Part shown: positions 27,301 to 39,045 of the stretch, one piece after another | Position numbering within the stretch: position 1 is the stretch's first letter | Layout: the number at the start of each line of letters is the position of its first letter | Assembly (NCBI RefSeq): GCF_964355755.1 | Contig: NC_092676.1 | Coordinates: forward strand, 22,152,871 to 22,216,870 | Direction of reading: 5' to 3' | DNA: 64,000 nucleotides | Source: Antedon mediterranea | Taxonomy: Eukaryota > Animalia > Echinodermata | The notes under the pieces: generated by a model | What the model was told of the DNA's origin: nothing | The model's input: only the letters and a program-made list of their open reading frames with translations | Database searches by the model: none | Translations under genes and position numbers: made by a program

Positions 27301-30300
27301 TAGTTATTTAAATACTTTCTTCTCTAGATGGCTAAATATTCCAAGCACCCTCTGCGCATAAGTTCTTGCTCTAAGTATTTCAAACACTCTTTTCAAAGAA
27401 TGTCTCAACTGAAAAGGTGCCTGTTTCTCCCATGCCCAGAAGAGCATATTTGGACAAGTTTTCACGCTAAATTGTTATATCCTATTATAAGCAGTGGGAA
27501 ATTATTCTCAGCGCCTAAAATATCTTTATAAAGCACATTTAAGAATTCCTCGACTCAATTAAAAAGCATCTTGAATATTTATTAGGTAGCTATGTAGACG
27601 AGCGATTTTCAGAAACTAGGCCAACGCTCAATGCGCTGTATATTGTTATCCCGGTCATTTTTTGGATCAAACATACTCCCATAATAATGCAGCTAGTAAT
27701 CAGTGCAAAGTTGTGTCTTGATCTAATCGGGTACCCATTTATACACCTGGGTGGAGAGGGCAAATGTAAGTAAAGTATCTTTCCTAAAGGATACAAGCAA
27801 TGCTGCAAGAGTTTAATTCGAACCACGATCTCACGATCATTTATCCAAATGATCCAACGTCCAAGACACTGCCCCACACGCCCTCATAATATAATAATAT
27901 TATAGATCAAACCTGATATGTGGTGGCGTGTGGCGCAGTGTGTTGGACGTTGGACTACCGATCGTCAGACCTAGGTTCGAATCCAACTCTCACCACATTG
28001 CTTGTATCCGTAGGCAAGATACTTTACTTACGTTTGCCTCTTTCCACCCAGGTGTATAAATGGGTACCCGGTTAGATCAAAATACAACTTTGCGCTGGTT
28101 ACTGGTTGCATTATGGGAGTATGTTTCCATACGTGTTTGATCAAAAAAAAATACTGGGGTAATAATGCTTGTAAAGCGCCTTTGAGCATGATTACTCATG
28201 AAAAGGGCGCTACATAAAATGTGGTATTATTATATATTATAAGCTGCCTTTTTAAAAAAGCACCCTTCTGAAATGATCCCTATATTGATGAATGAACTAA
28301 AGAACTTGCTCATATTTATATGTAAAAAAGGAGTCTCCTATTTGATTTTACAGCGTAAAGAACGAGAAATGGAGCAAGCATTGGAAGAAAAACATGATAT
28401 CCATAAAGTACTTAAAGACACTTATGGTTCCTTACAACAAGAAGTAGATATCAAGACAAAAAATTTAAAGAAGGTATGTCATGTTTTATTTGATCCTGTA
28501 TTATGAAAATTTTTACTGCATAATTACAATCATATTTGGTATTTTGAAACTTATTTAAAACTTTTTTAATATTTTGTTTTTTTTTGTAGTTGTTTGGGAA
28601 GCTTCAACGCGTAAAATGTGAAATACAAGATTTACAAGAAGAGCATTTAATGGAACGACAAAATCTGGAACAGACACAGAATGAGTTGACCCGTGAACTT
28701 AAACTCAAGTAAAGTTACACACATACAATATTACCTATCAATTAAAAATTGAATACTTATTGGCGGTCTAGATCATTATTGATATTATTTTTCTCCTTTA
28801 ATTATTTGAAAACTCAACGTCTAAATACAAAAACAGTTGTTTCAGACATTTTTTTTTTTTGCACTATAAATTTCAAATCATACCATTAACCATCAGATAT
28901 TACAGTATACTCAACCCAATTATTTTTCCATGTGCTTATAATACTGTCTGAAATAGTTGTGTGTGTTTTTGTAGTAATTGGGTTTTTTCCTCCCAAATAT
29001 TCAAAAGCAGCAGAAATATAACTGGCATAATTTTTATTTCCAAGGTAGTATACTTTACCAGAAATTATGTAGTTCAGCTTGTTCATTAAAATAAATCTAT
29101 GTTAGCTTCTATATCTTTGTTTCTATTGATTTAGATTATTGATAATTGAGAATTTTATCCCACCTGAGGAGAAAGCAAAGATTTCGAGTCGAGCAGAATT
29201 TGATGAAGAAGGTGACCAGTGGAGCCTGAAACCTCTAGCGAAAACAGAAGGGTAGACATTTATACTTATTTACTGTTACTTTTGTTTTGCACATTATAAA
29301 TATTAGTGCTTACTCTTTAAATTGAATATCAGTTTTTGGTGGTGCAGTCAACATTTCATAAACCATACAATGTTGGGCATTGCCTATATAGGGATGTAAG
29401 CCTACAGAAGAATTGAAAAAAAAATTAAAACAGTACTTGGAGATGGGGTACTGTGGCTGCTATATTGAAAATAGACTGAAAAAAACCCCCATTAAAACAA
29501 GCTATAGGCTTCAAAGTAAAACACAAGTCCTGTAGCTTCTTCACTCAGTACAGTTACTGCACATGTACATTCATGCCCATTGTCTAGTGTTTTAACCAGA
29601 GAGTCGTTGTGTAAGAATGCATATTACAGTGTCTTTATTCAGCTTACAGCAGCAGGAAGTTTACTGCCTAACCATTTTAGTATTGACTGTATTTCATAAT
29701 ACATGTTTTATTTTAGGCCTACACAAATGGCTAAAAGGCCAGTAACAGCATCAGGTAACAGGAGACCAATCACTGACTATGCCAAGACGATCGCTCGAAG
29801 AGGATCAAACCCTAGATACAAGGTATGGTTTTTCCCTCAGGTTGTATATACAAACTATGAATCTCAAGCAATGAAGGAAGAAGGCAAATATTACTATGTT
29901 GCAAGCCACATGTTAGTCGTTTGACACCAAGTGTAGAATGTTTTCTAAGTATTGTATACAACATTTAGTGTAAACAAGTATCATTGTATAGTAAATAGCA
30001 ACTTAAGTAATAAACTTTAGCTCTGTTTACACTATCAAACTAATTTGAAAATAAAATTGGTGATATGCACAAATATGGTAGACATCATGTCCATATATGG
30101 GCACAGCACATTTTTTTTTGTCACATAAGGCTTGATAGTGTAGACAGACATTTAATTATAGCAATGTTGGATAGCTACAGTATTTTAGTTATAGAATCTC
30201 GAATTTTAATAAATTTAGTTATGTCAAATTTAAATAGCATCTTTATTTATAGTAACTTAGTTTATATAGCAACTTTCCAAATTTCCTAATGAATATTTTT

Positions 30301-32345
30301 AAGGCTGAGAACATTTTAAAGATTGATCTTGACATGCCAAACAGAACGACACGAGATTACGAAGGACCAACAGTTGCACCACGTGTACAGGCCGCTCTAG
30401 ATGCCGCCCTTAAAGATGAAGAAGATATAGATATTGATATTTCGTAAGTTAAATGTTTTGTTTTCCATTTCCTTAAATGGTAAAGAAATCTATATAGTGC
30501 AATACTACATAACAAACTTAATGAAAAAAATAAAATTTAAAGCAAAAAATATTCAAATTGTCTTGTAGGTTTTTGGTTAAATTTAACCATTTATTTTGTC
30601 TCTTTATAAGTGAAATAATTATTTTAGTTCATTTTTATTCCAACAAAATTAAATGACATTATTAAAACTGCAAAATGGTCTATTCAAAGTCTGATTTGAA
30701 ATCTTCATTTTTCATGTTTTTGTGGGACAATACATCATTAATATAAGTTGTGAGACGATTTATTATGGTACAACTTGCAAGCAAAACCAGCATTAGGAGA
30801 ACACTAACACTTATTTTACATAATATACAAAATTCTTCTCTTCCATCAATAATTGATTTTGTTATTGATAGAGATTGTCTGCTTGGTATATGTCTATAGA
30901 CAGAAGATAGCACTTACCCATGTTGTAATAAGAGCTATGATTAAAAACTGTATATTCCAATTGTTAAACTTAATTGCGTGTTAAGCCAGATAGTATTCTA
31001 CGATAGTGTACGATTGTTGCACTTGTTTCCTCAACCCTACTTCACATATCATATTTACATTGAAGATAACTCATATAAATGATTGTAATATTATTATTAA
31101 CACTTGACAGTGTCAGTGTGTAGATATGATTTATGAAGATAATATTAGACCCAAGTTGTTATAGTTGAACAAATGGACACAGATTATTACCACAAAATTC
31201 AATTACTCAAGATAACATTTACATTTCATAATACAGCAACTATTGTCTCGTCTGCCATCATTTTTTTTGCACACCATCCAATAAATACATGACTCACAAA
31301 TTAGGAATCCTATGCTATAGTAAGTCTCAGTTTGCGCTCGGTGTCAGAAAAATCATGTCAGTCTTCACAGGATTTGAACCAAGGAAATACGATAATACAA
31401 ATGTTACCCATTATGGATGTTTCATTTTGTCTATATGATGTCATTGTCTACATTGTATTTTATAACATAATTGTAATTGTACATAGTCTAGTCACAGACT
31501 AACATGTGAATTTAACTGAAGTGTTACCTTGATTTGATAATTATGAATTCTTTTACATTGAAATGTTATAGTGGTAGGTCCTAGGGCTAATTTGTATTTG
31601 TCCACCTGGTATAAAGTTTACATTTAGACTTGAACAACTTCCTTAACACATCCTGTATGTTGTTTCACCAGATGTTGTATTTAGTTTTAAATTTATTAAG
31701 GACTGATTCTATTAACCTGATTGTTGGTTCATATCTGAAATGAAATAGGAATCTAATCGAGATATGATGTATGCATGCATAATGTGTGTAGGTAGATAGA
31801 TATATTTGTGGACAAAACAATTACTATGACTGTTGTGTAATGTTAAAATAAAAAATTAAATAAATCTATAAATGATCAAGTCTATTGGTTTCAATAATTG
31901 TGATTTCTTTGTTTTATTTCAGTATTGGTAAAGGGAAGGGCAAGAAAGAGAAAAACAGCAAAAAAATGTAAGTTTTACTGTTGGACATACGCAACTGTAT
32001 TTAACTCAAGCCATGTAGTATAGTATTTTAATTTAGTGCTTTTTTTTATTTTGGTTTAATGAAAAAATTGGTTTATACACCATATATGACCAAATACAAT
32101 CACATGATATTTATATAATATTGCAATTACTCCCTCATAAACTTCTACATTGAAACAAACTAATTAATTGTTGCAGTAAAATATGTAGTTACTGCAGTAA
32201 CATGTCGACATGATACCTAGCATATCCTCCTGTTCAGGGGATGCAAAATACTGATACATATTTGTCTTTCAGGTTTCCATCGTCTAAGAAGGGCTCACTG
32301 AACTCTGAACTGTACCCATCAGCACGAGGACTAGTCAGCAAGTAA
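10845..32345 (+). CDS. KIF3B: Kinesin-II 95 kDa subunit (KIF3B / KRP95 orthologue), complete, 19 coding exons
   Basis: Exons: 10845-10847 (ATG), 11368-11552, 13647-13771, 14327-14451, 15201-15284, 15960-16039, 16540-16609, 17092-17184, 24518-24738, 25444-25637, 26150-26295, 26804-27001, 28354-28473, 28590-28708, 29135-29251, 29717-29822, 30304-30443, 31923-31967, 32273-32345. All are GT-AG and in phase. Motifs: VVVRCRP, P-loop GQTGTGKT, switch I NEHSSRSH, switch [27 protein letters not shown], neck [12 protein letters not shown], tail RTTRDYEGP and C-terminal [11 protein letters not shown], which are diagnostic of KIF3B/KRP95. Confidence 0.97.
11755..12385. mobile_element. Non-autonomous DNA transposon with TTAA TSD (Kolobok-like MITE) in a KIF3B intron
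   Basis: ttaa|agacaccttctctaca ... tgtagggaaggtgtct|ttaa. TIRs begin with AG and are flanked by TTAA on both sides. Confidence 0.8.
13230..13466 (-). mobile_element. tRNA-derived SINE with Deu/Nin-like core
   Basis: Minus strand shows A box ggtagccgagtgg, B box gggttcaattcc, core ccactcagctgtaaatgagtacc, a 3' hairpin atgagct...agctcat and an accttcacct tail. Confidence 0.75.
15662..15892 (-). mobile_element. 5'-truncated MetaSINE-like SINE
   Basis: Shares the tcggataaggactataaaccgtaggtcc...tgcactttaaagaacc core with the copies at 24822-25070 and 63680-64000; (AAAC)n tail. Confidence 0.7.
17199..17410. mobile_element. Harbinger-type MITE with TAA TSD, 14 bp downstream of a KIF3B exon
   Basis: taa|gggatcat...cagttactgca ... 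tgcagtaactg...atgatccc|taa. Related degenerate copies at ~32100-32215 and ~59130-59335. Confidence 0.75.
18760..22425 (-). CDS. LINE ORF2: apurinic endonuclease + reverse transcriptase + C-terminal CCHC zinc finger (1221 aa)
   Basis: APE motifs YNNIRG, VESFL, GDFNG, LDY and SDH. RT motifs [53 protein letters not shown] and YKYLG. C-terminal CALC...[10 protein letters not shown]. Confidence 0.97.
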   Translation of the reverse strand: MSFNHDNIYDFLIDECNNNTCINEITINKNSEDIASINSVNPDPMLNYVPPNKINHKHVKVRRGKKKSKSCNTNTNIKIAYNNIRGYKSKKYDIQKFVNINKINLFGIVESFLKDKEEIQIKGYNWIGKNRSSYTKKSQGGIGFLIRDDIKIIDDNVLDTRCDTLERLWVKVQFNSSTNSIYYIALVYFPCEGTDRNLTDEMFVSLLAENLEISQNDNDAKIIILGDFNGKIGHLINDGDESINYNGQGLIDFSNDGDLFILNGSEKCTGVFTWVKNQHKSVLDYGLVSANIQKDINEFMIDDQCNFHIGSDHNMIIIDMNVESFNNNNTIPETFKQRWDIKYNHNWTTFQEDLESKFTNWDPAHLNANEAWESWKRLVVSAAEETIGYKKQSRKSKHWFDCDIEQSMEKRKKACRAHRLYCKNKTNSDFNKTIRDNLWKDYQTKRNECKTLIRQKMMQIRMDRCSKIMEKGGPQSRDFWSVLKGNKRTNNVTSIIIPGTDNVTSDAPIIKSSLTNYFNTLGKKNLDVENDLFNDNLADSYNMNVQTATLDKLEFSCEDVKYAVSLCKNNKSPGNDNISNELIKNGGNTIVATLYKLFKRLSHLECIPDEWNNGTIVPIFKKGDRRNLDNYRGITLNSCIAKIYSRIISRRISEFLEEYDLLTEAQGGFRKDRRCEDHIFTLKSLIATRQAEGKKTFLAFLDFRKAFDTVWREGLIKALRRIGIKGNLINIVQNLYENVKCKVQFANLETELFDIDEGVKQGCSLTPTLFSIYINELRIMLNNSDLGVNIFNTKINCLLWADDVVLIGENEKELKMLLQTTTEFAKEWKMSFNYDKSNVLITGQRTNLYRKWRLGNNSITETDKYKYLGVYISRTLSDNLHIDEVIKKGNRIIAYIKSIINEQDDFNRIYYGELLWKSIGIPTINYACSVWYCNGKTTMAKVENLQFLMARTILKAPRNVAKEALYGDLGWQSLESLQNYSRIKYFNRLKNMEKDRWSNVIFNAINILEDKLKWGWLNQVKEALHKCNMGDMFTNESPGKWLTQFKCKNKDIDNNEWQKRAQSKSSLTQYILYKNKPILEPYLLYKNDFKRSCLKFKARSNSLNLEGRKQSWSPTSTGMCALCNNDTETIAHFMLECNTFSKLREEIFYPIKLQLMNNGFEHYWKSFYEGTSEMKLHLLLDNLYNENVVLGEIFDLACKKYLQSAWDTRLDIYKKLPTLPQ
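22489..23730 (-). CDS. LINE ORF1: PHD finger, coiled coil, SGNH/GDSL esterase, two CCHC zinc knuckles (413 aa)
   Basis: PHD-like C..C...CSFC...FHPQC...WFCESC; heptad-rich segment; SGNH blocks IIGDSII, PGA, GGTND and LHL; knuckles [14 protein letters not shown] and [14 protein letters not shown]. Confidence 0.92.
   Translation of the reverse strand: MASTNRTPPRPQSPPSSQTKSQQPSTSTSSITNRTIKCVEHCMLNHIAKGKSIECSFCQTDFHPQCIGISATGKRATSWFCESCRGIPNTITSLRKSLDKQFKIINEIKEQNNILRQENKQLKDDLELQRNAMCDQTKNDRTKDLHERTNGIPLNTDTLIIGDSIIKNINERGLMKTKVSCLPGAKMKDIKESLRSLDANSFDTIIIHGGTNDCTKDEDANNAPNEFAQIIQDVKTKSPSTSIILSTICPRQDVMEHQGRVDKLNREIKGIASKEDCKIIDNDTTFKLYNNECESGSLNRSRLHLSNYGTKKLLTNINKVHRIVKDKETNKSHRTSSGHYSSPIGTQAYRNKQHRPNTNLNYRHNSRQIQTNRTGCYYCGERNHQMKDCKHGKPVQCHGCFEFGHKNYQCRLP
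24822..25070 (+). mobile_element. tRNA-derived MetaSINE-like SINE
   Basis: Head gagcgagtgagcggccgagcagttaag...gggttcgagact and core tcggataaggactataaac. Same family as 15662-15892, 63680-64000 and fragments at ~45700 and ~49600-49770. Confidence 0.75.
27035..27200. mobile_element. MITE family A copy with an internal ~20-bp tandem array
   Basis: acactatcaaagtttatgtgacaaaaaatgtgatgtgcccatatatggac followed by (atatcactaccatatttgagc) repeats. The family also occurs at ~647, 30019-30148, ~47900-48052, ~50814, 53499-53650 and 60244-60369. Confidence 0.75.
27590..27885 (-). mobile_element. tRNA-derived SINE (V/Deu-like core, L2-type tail)
   Basis: Minus strand: gtggggcagtg...ggttcgaat, tgtatcctttaggaaagatacttt, ccacccaggtgtataaatgggtacc, cagcgcattgag. 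Inverted relative to the 27922-28232 copy. Confidence 0.8.
27922..28232 (+). mobile_element. tRNA-derived SINE (V/Deu-like core, L2-type 3' end)
   Basis: A box gtggcgcagtg, B box ggttcgaatcc, core ccacccaggtgtataaatgggtacc, 3' end gtaaagcgcctttgag...aagggcgctacataaa plus (TAT)n. Confidence 0.82.
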
Positions 32346-32363
32346 CAAAGTATCCTAAAGGTT

Positions 32364-32792
32364 GGCTTATGTCGACACGGAACGAAACGCAACTCAACTG
32401 TGTCGACATTGAGGGCCCCATAAAATCAGGTCACGCTGGCTTGGTCACCCTCTTGAAAAATAGTAAACTAAATAAACAAAAGCGCTCTGACCTCAACTCA
32501 AAAACAGAAAATATGTTGATTGCGTTGAACATGTTTTACTTTTCTATAACTGAAAGGAACTGAACGCGACTAAAACATGCGGTGTGTGTAACCGCAATCA
32601 GTAGCAATCAACTATGAATCGTCCACGGTATGGTAACCACGTTTTACAATCGGTTCCATTGTCGGCATATTCGCTTAATTGCAGTTCGGTTCAGTTGCTT
32701 GAACAGTCAACATAAACGCTCTTGTGCAGCTAGTTCTTTTCATTTGAGATGGTTTGCGTTGAGTTGCTTTCAAGTCCAAGTCGACATAAGCT
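32364..32792. mobile_element. MITE with terminal inverted repeats inside the predicted KIF3B 3' UTR
   Basis: gcttatgtcgac...gcaactcaac / gttgagttgc...gtcgacataagc. It begins ~19 bp after the stop codon; an AATAAA follows at 32841. Confidence 0.7.
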
Positions 32793-33541
32793 TACCATAA
32801 CATTTTGTTTGTGTAATGACACTTATCATTCCTAAAATAGAATAAATACGTTTAAATTATTTTCTTTGTAGTCCTTTGACTAAATAGTTCATTACAATGA
32901 TTTCAAAAACTGTATTAATTAATTAGTATTATAAATAATAATATTTTACATCGTATAGAATTGAAAAGATTTTTATATTCATGTGTTCAAATACTGTATA
33001 TATTGACAGACTACATCACATGGGGGAATGTAGGTCCTAGAAGAAATGATAATGTCTTTCAAAAGAGGGAGGAACAGATCCATGTAGGGAGGTGGGTGGG
33101 GTAGGAGTTGTGGTTAGGTGTAACCAAAATATGTATAAATAATAACACTAATATTTAAATTATATTAAGAACGTTTATCATTCAAAATTAAATAACTTGT
33201 GTGTGAAGTTGAGATTTGGTTATATGTCAGATGATAAAGGACACACTCAGACAAGTCACACCTAAATCTACTAGATCCTTGTGCGGTATCACGTATAGCA
33301 ACATTAAACAGTATCATGTCTTTTGATAGCAACTGCCATCCTATATGAGTACTGTATGTTAGATGCTATGGTATATTCTGTCAGCAGATGTGATACCTTA
33401 CAAGAATCTATCACTGTATATTATGTGTAAATTCTTGGTTGATGAGGTTAAACTGACATATGTTCTAAATTGGTATTTTGCATGAAAATATACTATTTAC
33501 TATGATGCTGCTTTTCTAAACCTGTGAAGAACTGTAATTAT

Positions 33542-33950
33542 AGGTGTGTGGCGCAGTGTGTTGAATTTCTGAATACTTGTGTCCTTTACGTACATTTGCT
33601 TTTCTCCACCCAGGTGTATAAATGGGTACCTGGTAATGTTAACCACAAACTGCGTTGATTACTGCCTGCAACATTATGGAATCCAACAAAATCATTGACA
33701 TTTTTATTCCATAATCAAAATAAAGACATAAACAAATACAATAAAAAATAATATAATGATGGAATGGGATACAAAATAAGCAAAAATGCTTTAAACATGT
33801 AACCCTAACAAAAAAACAAACAGTACAAAAAAACAACAAAAGAACACCAAAATGCCATATTATGTTTGAGCAAAAATGACCGGGGTAATAAATGTGATGC
33901 GCTTATAGACTCTGAGCATTACACGCTTTAAGAACGATGTATCATTATTA
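33542..33950 (+). mobile_element. Degenerate copy of the V/Deu-like SINE with an internal A-rich insertion
   Basis: gtgtggcgcagtgtgttg, ccacccaggtgtataaatgggtacc and aaaaatgaccggggtaata all match the 27922-28232 copy. Confidence 0.65.
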
Positions 33951-36900
33951 TTTTCGTAGTCGACACTGGCAAACAATTGTTTTTAAAAACTCGAGTAAAC
34001 TCCGAGTGTGTCAAAGTTTTTCCAAAGTTTGCTAGTGTAGACCAGTTGACAAACTTCAGCAAAACGCACAAAATGTGTAGGTAGATCATCTAGCGAACTT
34101 CCGAGTTTGGTAAAGTTGCGTTGTATTTTTCATTTACGGTTACCATGCCAAAGAATTTTCTCTCACCACCGCCCTCCCCGCTTTTTTTTAATCTGTCAAT
34201 TTTGACTTTCAGTAATTGAAGATGTTCAAAGTCGTGACTCATCGTTATCATTTTGGTATCATTATTAGATAATAACAGATAATTACGATTGTTATATCAA
34301 TTGAAAGAATTTGAACTTTGATGATTCTAAATTTTGAAAACAAACACAAAATGAGTAGTGGCAATTGAATAGTATCGGTCATTGTCAACCATATGTTGAG
34401 TTGAGTTTCACAATGTTTGTTGACACCTCAACTTGTAATTTTATGTAATTCACACCACCAATTTCACAAATATTTCATTTCGTTTCATTTATTTATTTCA
34501 CAAAAAAAAAACTGATGAATGAATATGTAACTTAACAATAGGCTTAAGTTTATAGTTTTGTGTTGCTTTTTGCTACACTCTCATGCATGTCGAAAAAGTT
34601 CTCTGTTGGCACTGATGTATAATTTATTTGACTTGTGTTTTGGCAGATATATCATATATCATCAGTATGCTGATTCTGGCGATAAGCGACAAACGATATA
34701 TTATTGCGACCAATAGTAAAGAATAAATTAAATGTCGACGTGTTCTCAATGTTCAATGCCTTTCTGCCATTGTTATTTTCTTCTTTTTCCCCCATTATGG
34801 TATCTAAATTGGTTCAGTATCTTAGAAACTTCGTACACAGAGTAACATATTTTATGTGACTGTTAGTCCTAACTTACAAAATTGATACCGTACTGTACTA
34901 TGAACAATTATGACATTTGCCGTGGAACTCTATCGACTAGCAAAGATTCCACATCTTAAAATATTCGATTCCAATGTCGAATCAGAATATATTCTATAAC
35001 GAGCAAATTCATAATTCATATGCCTTGAAAACATCTGGTCTTTGATTTAAAAATTAATTTATGTAACCACGCGCACTTCATCGTATACTGTTGTTTTTTG
35101 TTTTATTTTATATTGTATTGTTTGAATATATTCCGTCCATAAAATACCGTATTAATAGGTGTTGCCATTTAACGCATTCAATATGGGAACAATAAACAGC
35201 TAATTTTATGTGCAATTTTTATAATTATTTATTGTTTATTGTTATTTATTATTAATTGTTATCATTGTATTAGTTTTATTACATAACATTTTAGCAGAAA
35301 TTTGCACCATCGGTATCGACAATTTATAGCGACCTATTTGTAGGCCTACGTTGGTTCCGTTTCACGTTCAGTTATTTTGATTTTTCTGTGATTTAGGAAA
35401 CACAGTACAGTCTTTTTTAATGCTCAATGTGTTTCTGAAAGTGCGCCAAGTTCAATCATTTCAATATTTAATATGGCCTATATAGAGTAAAATTGGATGA
35501 TGCCATTCATCCACAACGTGCAATTACGTATAGTAAGAATGTAAACAAAATATTTAGAAAAGGAACACAGGTTTTTATTAAATTAAATTAAATAATTCAA
35601 TATTAACTCAATGTAATATATAGTAATAACAAATGATAACAAAATGAAGCCGTGACTGGAAAATGATTTAAATAACAGGCCTACTTAAGCATTAGAGGGA
35701 AGTCATAATGCAACGTGTTGGTCTTTATTGGATCATCAACATCATTTAACATTTAATAACCATATGCCTAATTTCCTCGTTTCTCCCTGGTTTCCTTTTC
35801 AAATCAACACTCCTTTTGCCGCGCTTCGACACTCCTTGTGTATGTCCTATCTCTCAAAACACGCCCCCCCCCCCTCCTCCCCATACACACACCCCCTTCC
35901 ACGTACTATTGAAAAATACATACCCATGGTTAAATTAAAATAATAATTTAATAAGTGGACATTTTTAGTTGACTATAGTATTGTGAATCCGAAAAAAAAT
36001 GGTATTTTTTTATATTCTTAATTTCTTTTTGTAGCAACTTAACAGCATACATTTTTTCGTTAATTCGAATTTTATTTAAGACCATAGACGTACTGTGTAG
36101 GCCTGATTTTTATCCTTGATATAGCCTACGAACAGGCCAATCAGTGGAACAGTGGTTGTTAGCAGTGTATAAATTACAAGTTATCTGCCTGCCTTTATCT
36201 TTCCCCTACCTCTCTCTTCCCGAGATAAAAAAAAAATCAGCACGTGAATTACGTCACAAAATAATACGTATCGTATGAGTTATTTACTGTGCGTGATTAT
36301 TAGATGTGATTACGGTTTTTTTAACCTGTATTCATGTTTATTTAAAGCGCATGAAGCTTAGTTTTAATTAATATAATTAAAAAGATTGTATTATTCGCTT
36401 AATCAACAATATTTGAAATGGAGAAACAGTATAATATATGAATAAATTGTATTATTTAGTCGTCCATTTGTGATTGACATTCTTTTAAATAAAGTGAGGT
36501 GAAAGCATTAGCATTAAAGTTTCAATTTTATCTTGTGAATAGTTCCTCCCCCCCCCCCCCCCCACCTAAGAAATTATTGGAGATAGGCCTATGTAGACAT
36601 TTTGAATAACTTAAATTAATTATAAACAAAATTAATAATGAAGCTAGTTGCAGTGTTATGTACGGTACGGCCTTAGATCGGTTATCTAACTCCAATCTGG
36701 TCTATAAAAAAACGGCGTTTCAATTTAAAATGTATGTCTAGAATGTTCAGTTTAGGCCTACCTAATGTGACGTGTTAAATATATGGACTGTCATGCTACT
36801 TGTCATCGTAATATTAATGAAACCATATTATTGCGCAAAAAAAAAAAAAAAAAATCCAATCCGTTGGCTTGATGGCGAATAGGGTGCATAGCGGTATTTG

Positions 36901-37349
36901 GCGGGTGGGACTAGGATGTACGTCCGTCATACACATATTCGTGAGAAAGAATATTGAGGCCATACAATGTCATTACGACACTGTTAGCGATTGGAAAAAT
37001 TAAGATAACGACCATTGGTTTGCTTCGCGCTGGGGGCCTATATACCACCATCTCAAACCGCACCCTAAAACTCCCCCTCCCCGCACACACACCCCCACGC
37101 GCCCAATATTTCCAACATACACGCCACTCTAGCGTCTGTGAGAATTTCTCCGTTTTTTCTCTCCCGAAATATAATAAAATGAAAGTCAAATTAAAGATAA
37201 CATCGCCAAAGTTGCAAAGGCGGGTCAAACCATATGAAAACCCAGAACAAATATTTATTTCACCCTTGCCGACTGTACCAGCTCCCCACTGATTCGAATT
37301 TTAATGGATGATATTATTTTTTACTTACTTTAATTCTTATATTACCATA

Positions 37350-37665
37350 AATTATCATTGTCAGACCCACACAGAAACGTCGCGAATCTTCATACAGTAT
37401 GACTCAGGCAGTCAGTGGAAACTTTCAATCACACAGCATATAATTATCATGGTCAAACCATGGATAAAAGAATTAGAATCTATTCTTTAATCCATGGTCA
37501 GACCCACACAGAAACGTCACGAATCTTCATACAGTATGACTGCAGTCAGTGGAAACTTCCAATCACACACAGCATAATTATATCATTGTCAGACCCACAC
37601 ATTCAAAAATCGCCCATATACAGTATTACTGCAATCAGTGGAAACTTCCAATCACACAGTAATCA
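37350..37665 (+). repeat. Imperfect tandem repeat (~3 units)
   Basis: gtcagacccacac...atacagtat...cagtggaaactt(t/c)caatcacacag is repeated at ~37360, ~37497 and ~37588. Confidence 0.85.
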
Positions 37666-38859
37666 TTCATCTATATCGAATAAGACACTCCCGGAAGAAA
37701 CTGCACTAAATCAAAGAATCGACAAATGGTTAAATAAAAGTGAATAGCAATAAATATGTGATGGAAATTTCCGATATGTTTCAATGATCAACTCGACGTT
37801 TACTCGAGAGTTCCAATCGTTTGTTGTTACCAAAAGATAGCAAATTTCTTAATTTCAAACTTCAGATGTTATTATAGATATATGCCTATCTTTTAAAGTA
37901 AAATACAATAACATATCAAAATAACTTTAATGAGTCGTAATAAAGGCCGAATTATATTCCCAATGGGGTAACAATCGGAGAGTGTAACCTATAGTTTCTT
38001 TAAAAATGTAAATAATAATAATATTCGGTCACCAGTAAAATATGAGAAAATGTGAGATTAGCACAAGAAACATTTTATAAAACAACAAATACAATGGGCC
38101 TACTGTAATTTTGTTTAAATGTTAATAACATTTTAACATTCATGACATGAAAGTTATTATAAAAGTCGAATTGTAACTCCCGTCCGTAGCAGCGGTAATA
38201 TAAATGTGTATATTTTCGGTTTCCCAATTACGTGTTAAAATATCGAATTCCATCAGCCCATCAGATATATTGATTAAAATATCAGTATAAATGTTAGTAG
38301 TAAAGCAAAAAAAAAATTTAAAAAAAATTATTTTTTCATAACATTGAAATATTAAAATATTATATCATGATATATATAACAAATGTAGGCCTATTGTAGA
38401 TTAGCCTATTACACTAATATACAGTAGAACTAATTGAATGAACAGATACCCTGACCTTGGAATTAGTGGCTATTGTGAATGACAGTGCGGCATATTTTAT
38501 CTTAATGATGACAAGGCCCAGGGAGAGTGAACAAAAATGTAAGAGTCCATTTTCTTTTAAAAAAAAAAACACTCCTGCAAAAGTTCCATACGAATGAAAA
38601 TGTAAGAACAACGTCTCGTAGGCGGCCTAGCTAGGCCACACATATCCGCAACTTAAATACCACGCAAAGCATGGTGGAAACTTATCCGGTTAAATTAAAT
38701 TAGTACTGTATGAATAACATGCACGAGATGCGGCCACATATGCATGAATGGGTGACGCAACAAAAGCATAATATTTATTAATAAATCAAAGGTGTATTAC
38801 GATAAATAAATCAATGGCGTGTATTACGATTGGATATTCTCTATTGAATAATCATTTGA

Positions 38860-39045
38860 AGACACGCCCCACATGCGCAGAATGTTCTTGAAATCGTCTC
38901 AGTTTGCGCTCGCATGATATATAAAAAGAATCGGCCGACACACTATGCACCCGGCGTTTATTGTTGCATTGGAAACTGGAATACATTCACTGAGAAGGTG
39001 TGGCTAATTCAGACGTCGATTTGCAAAATTGAGTACAGTAGGTCA
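38860..39045 (+). promoter_or_regulatory. Putative ISYNA1 promoter / 5' non-coding exon region
   Basis: CpG-enriched patch with acatgcgca, a TATA-like tatataaaa (~38918) and attgg/CCAAT boxes. The ATG exon at 42088 begins with an acceptor, so an upstream exon is required. Confidence 0.4.

Noticed and set aside
36911-37292. 105-aa and 112-aa overlapping ORFs
   Set aside because: They have no recognisable motifs, non-ATG starts and no exon chain.
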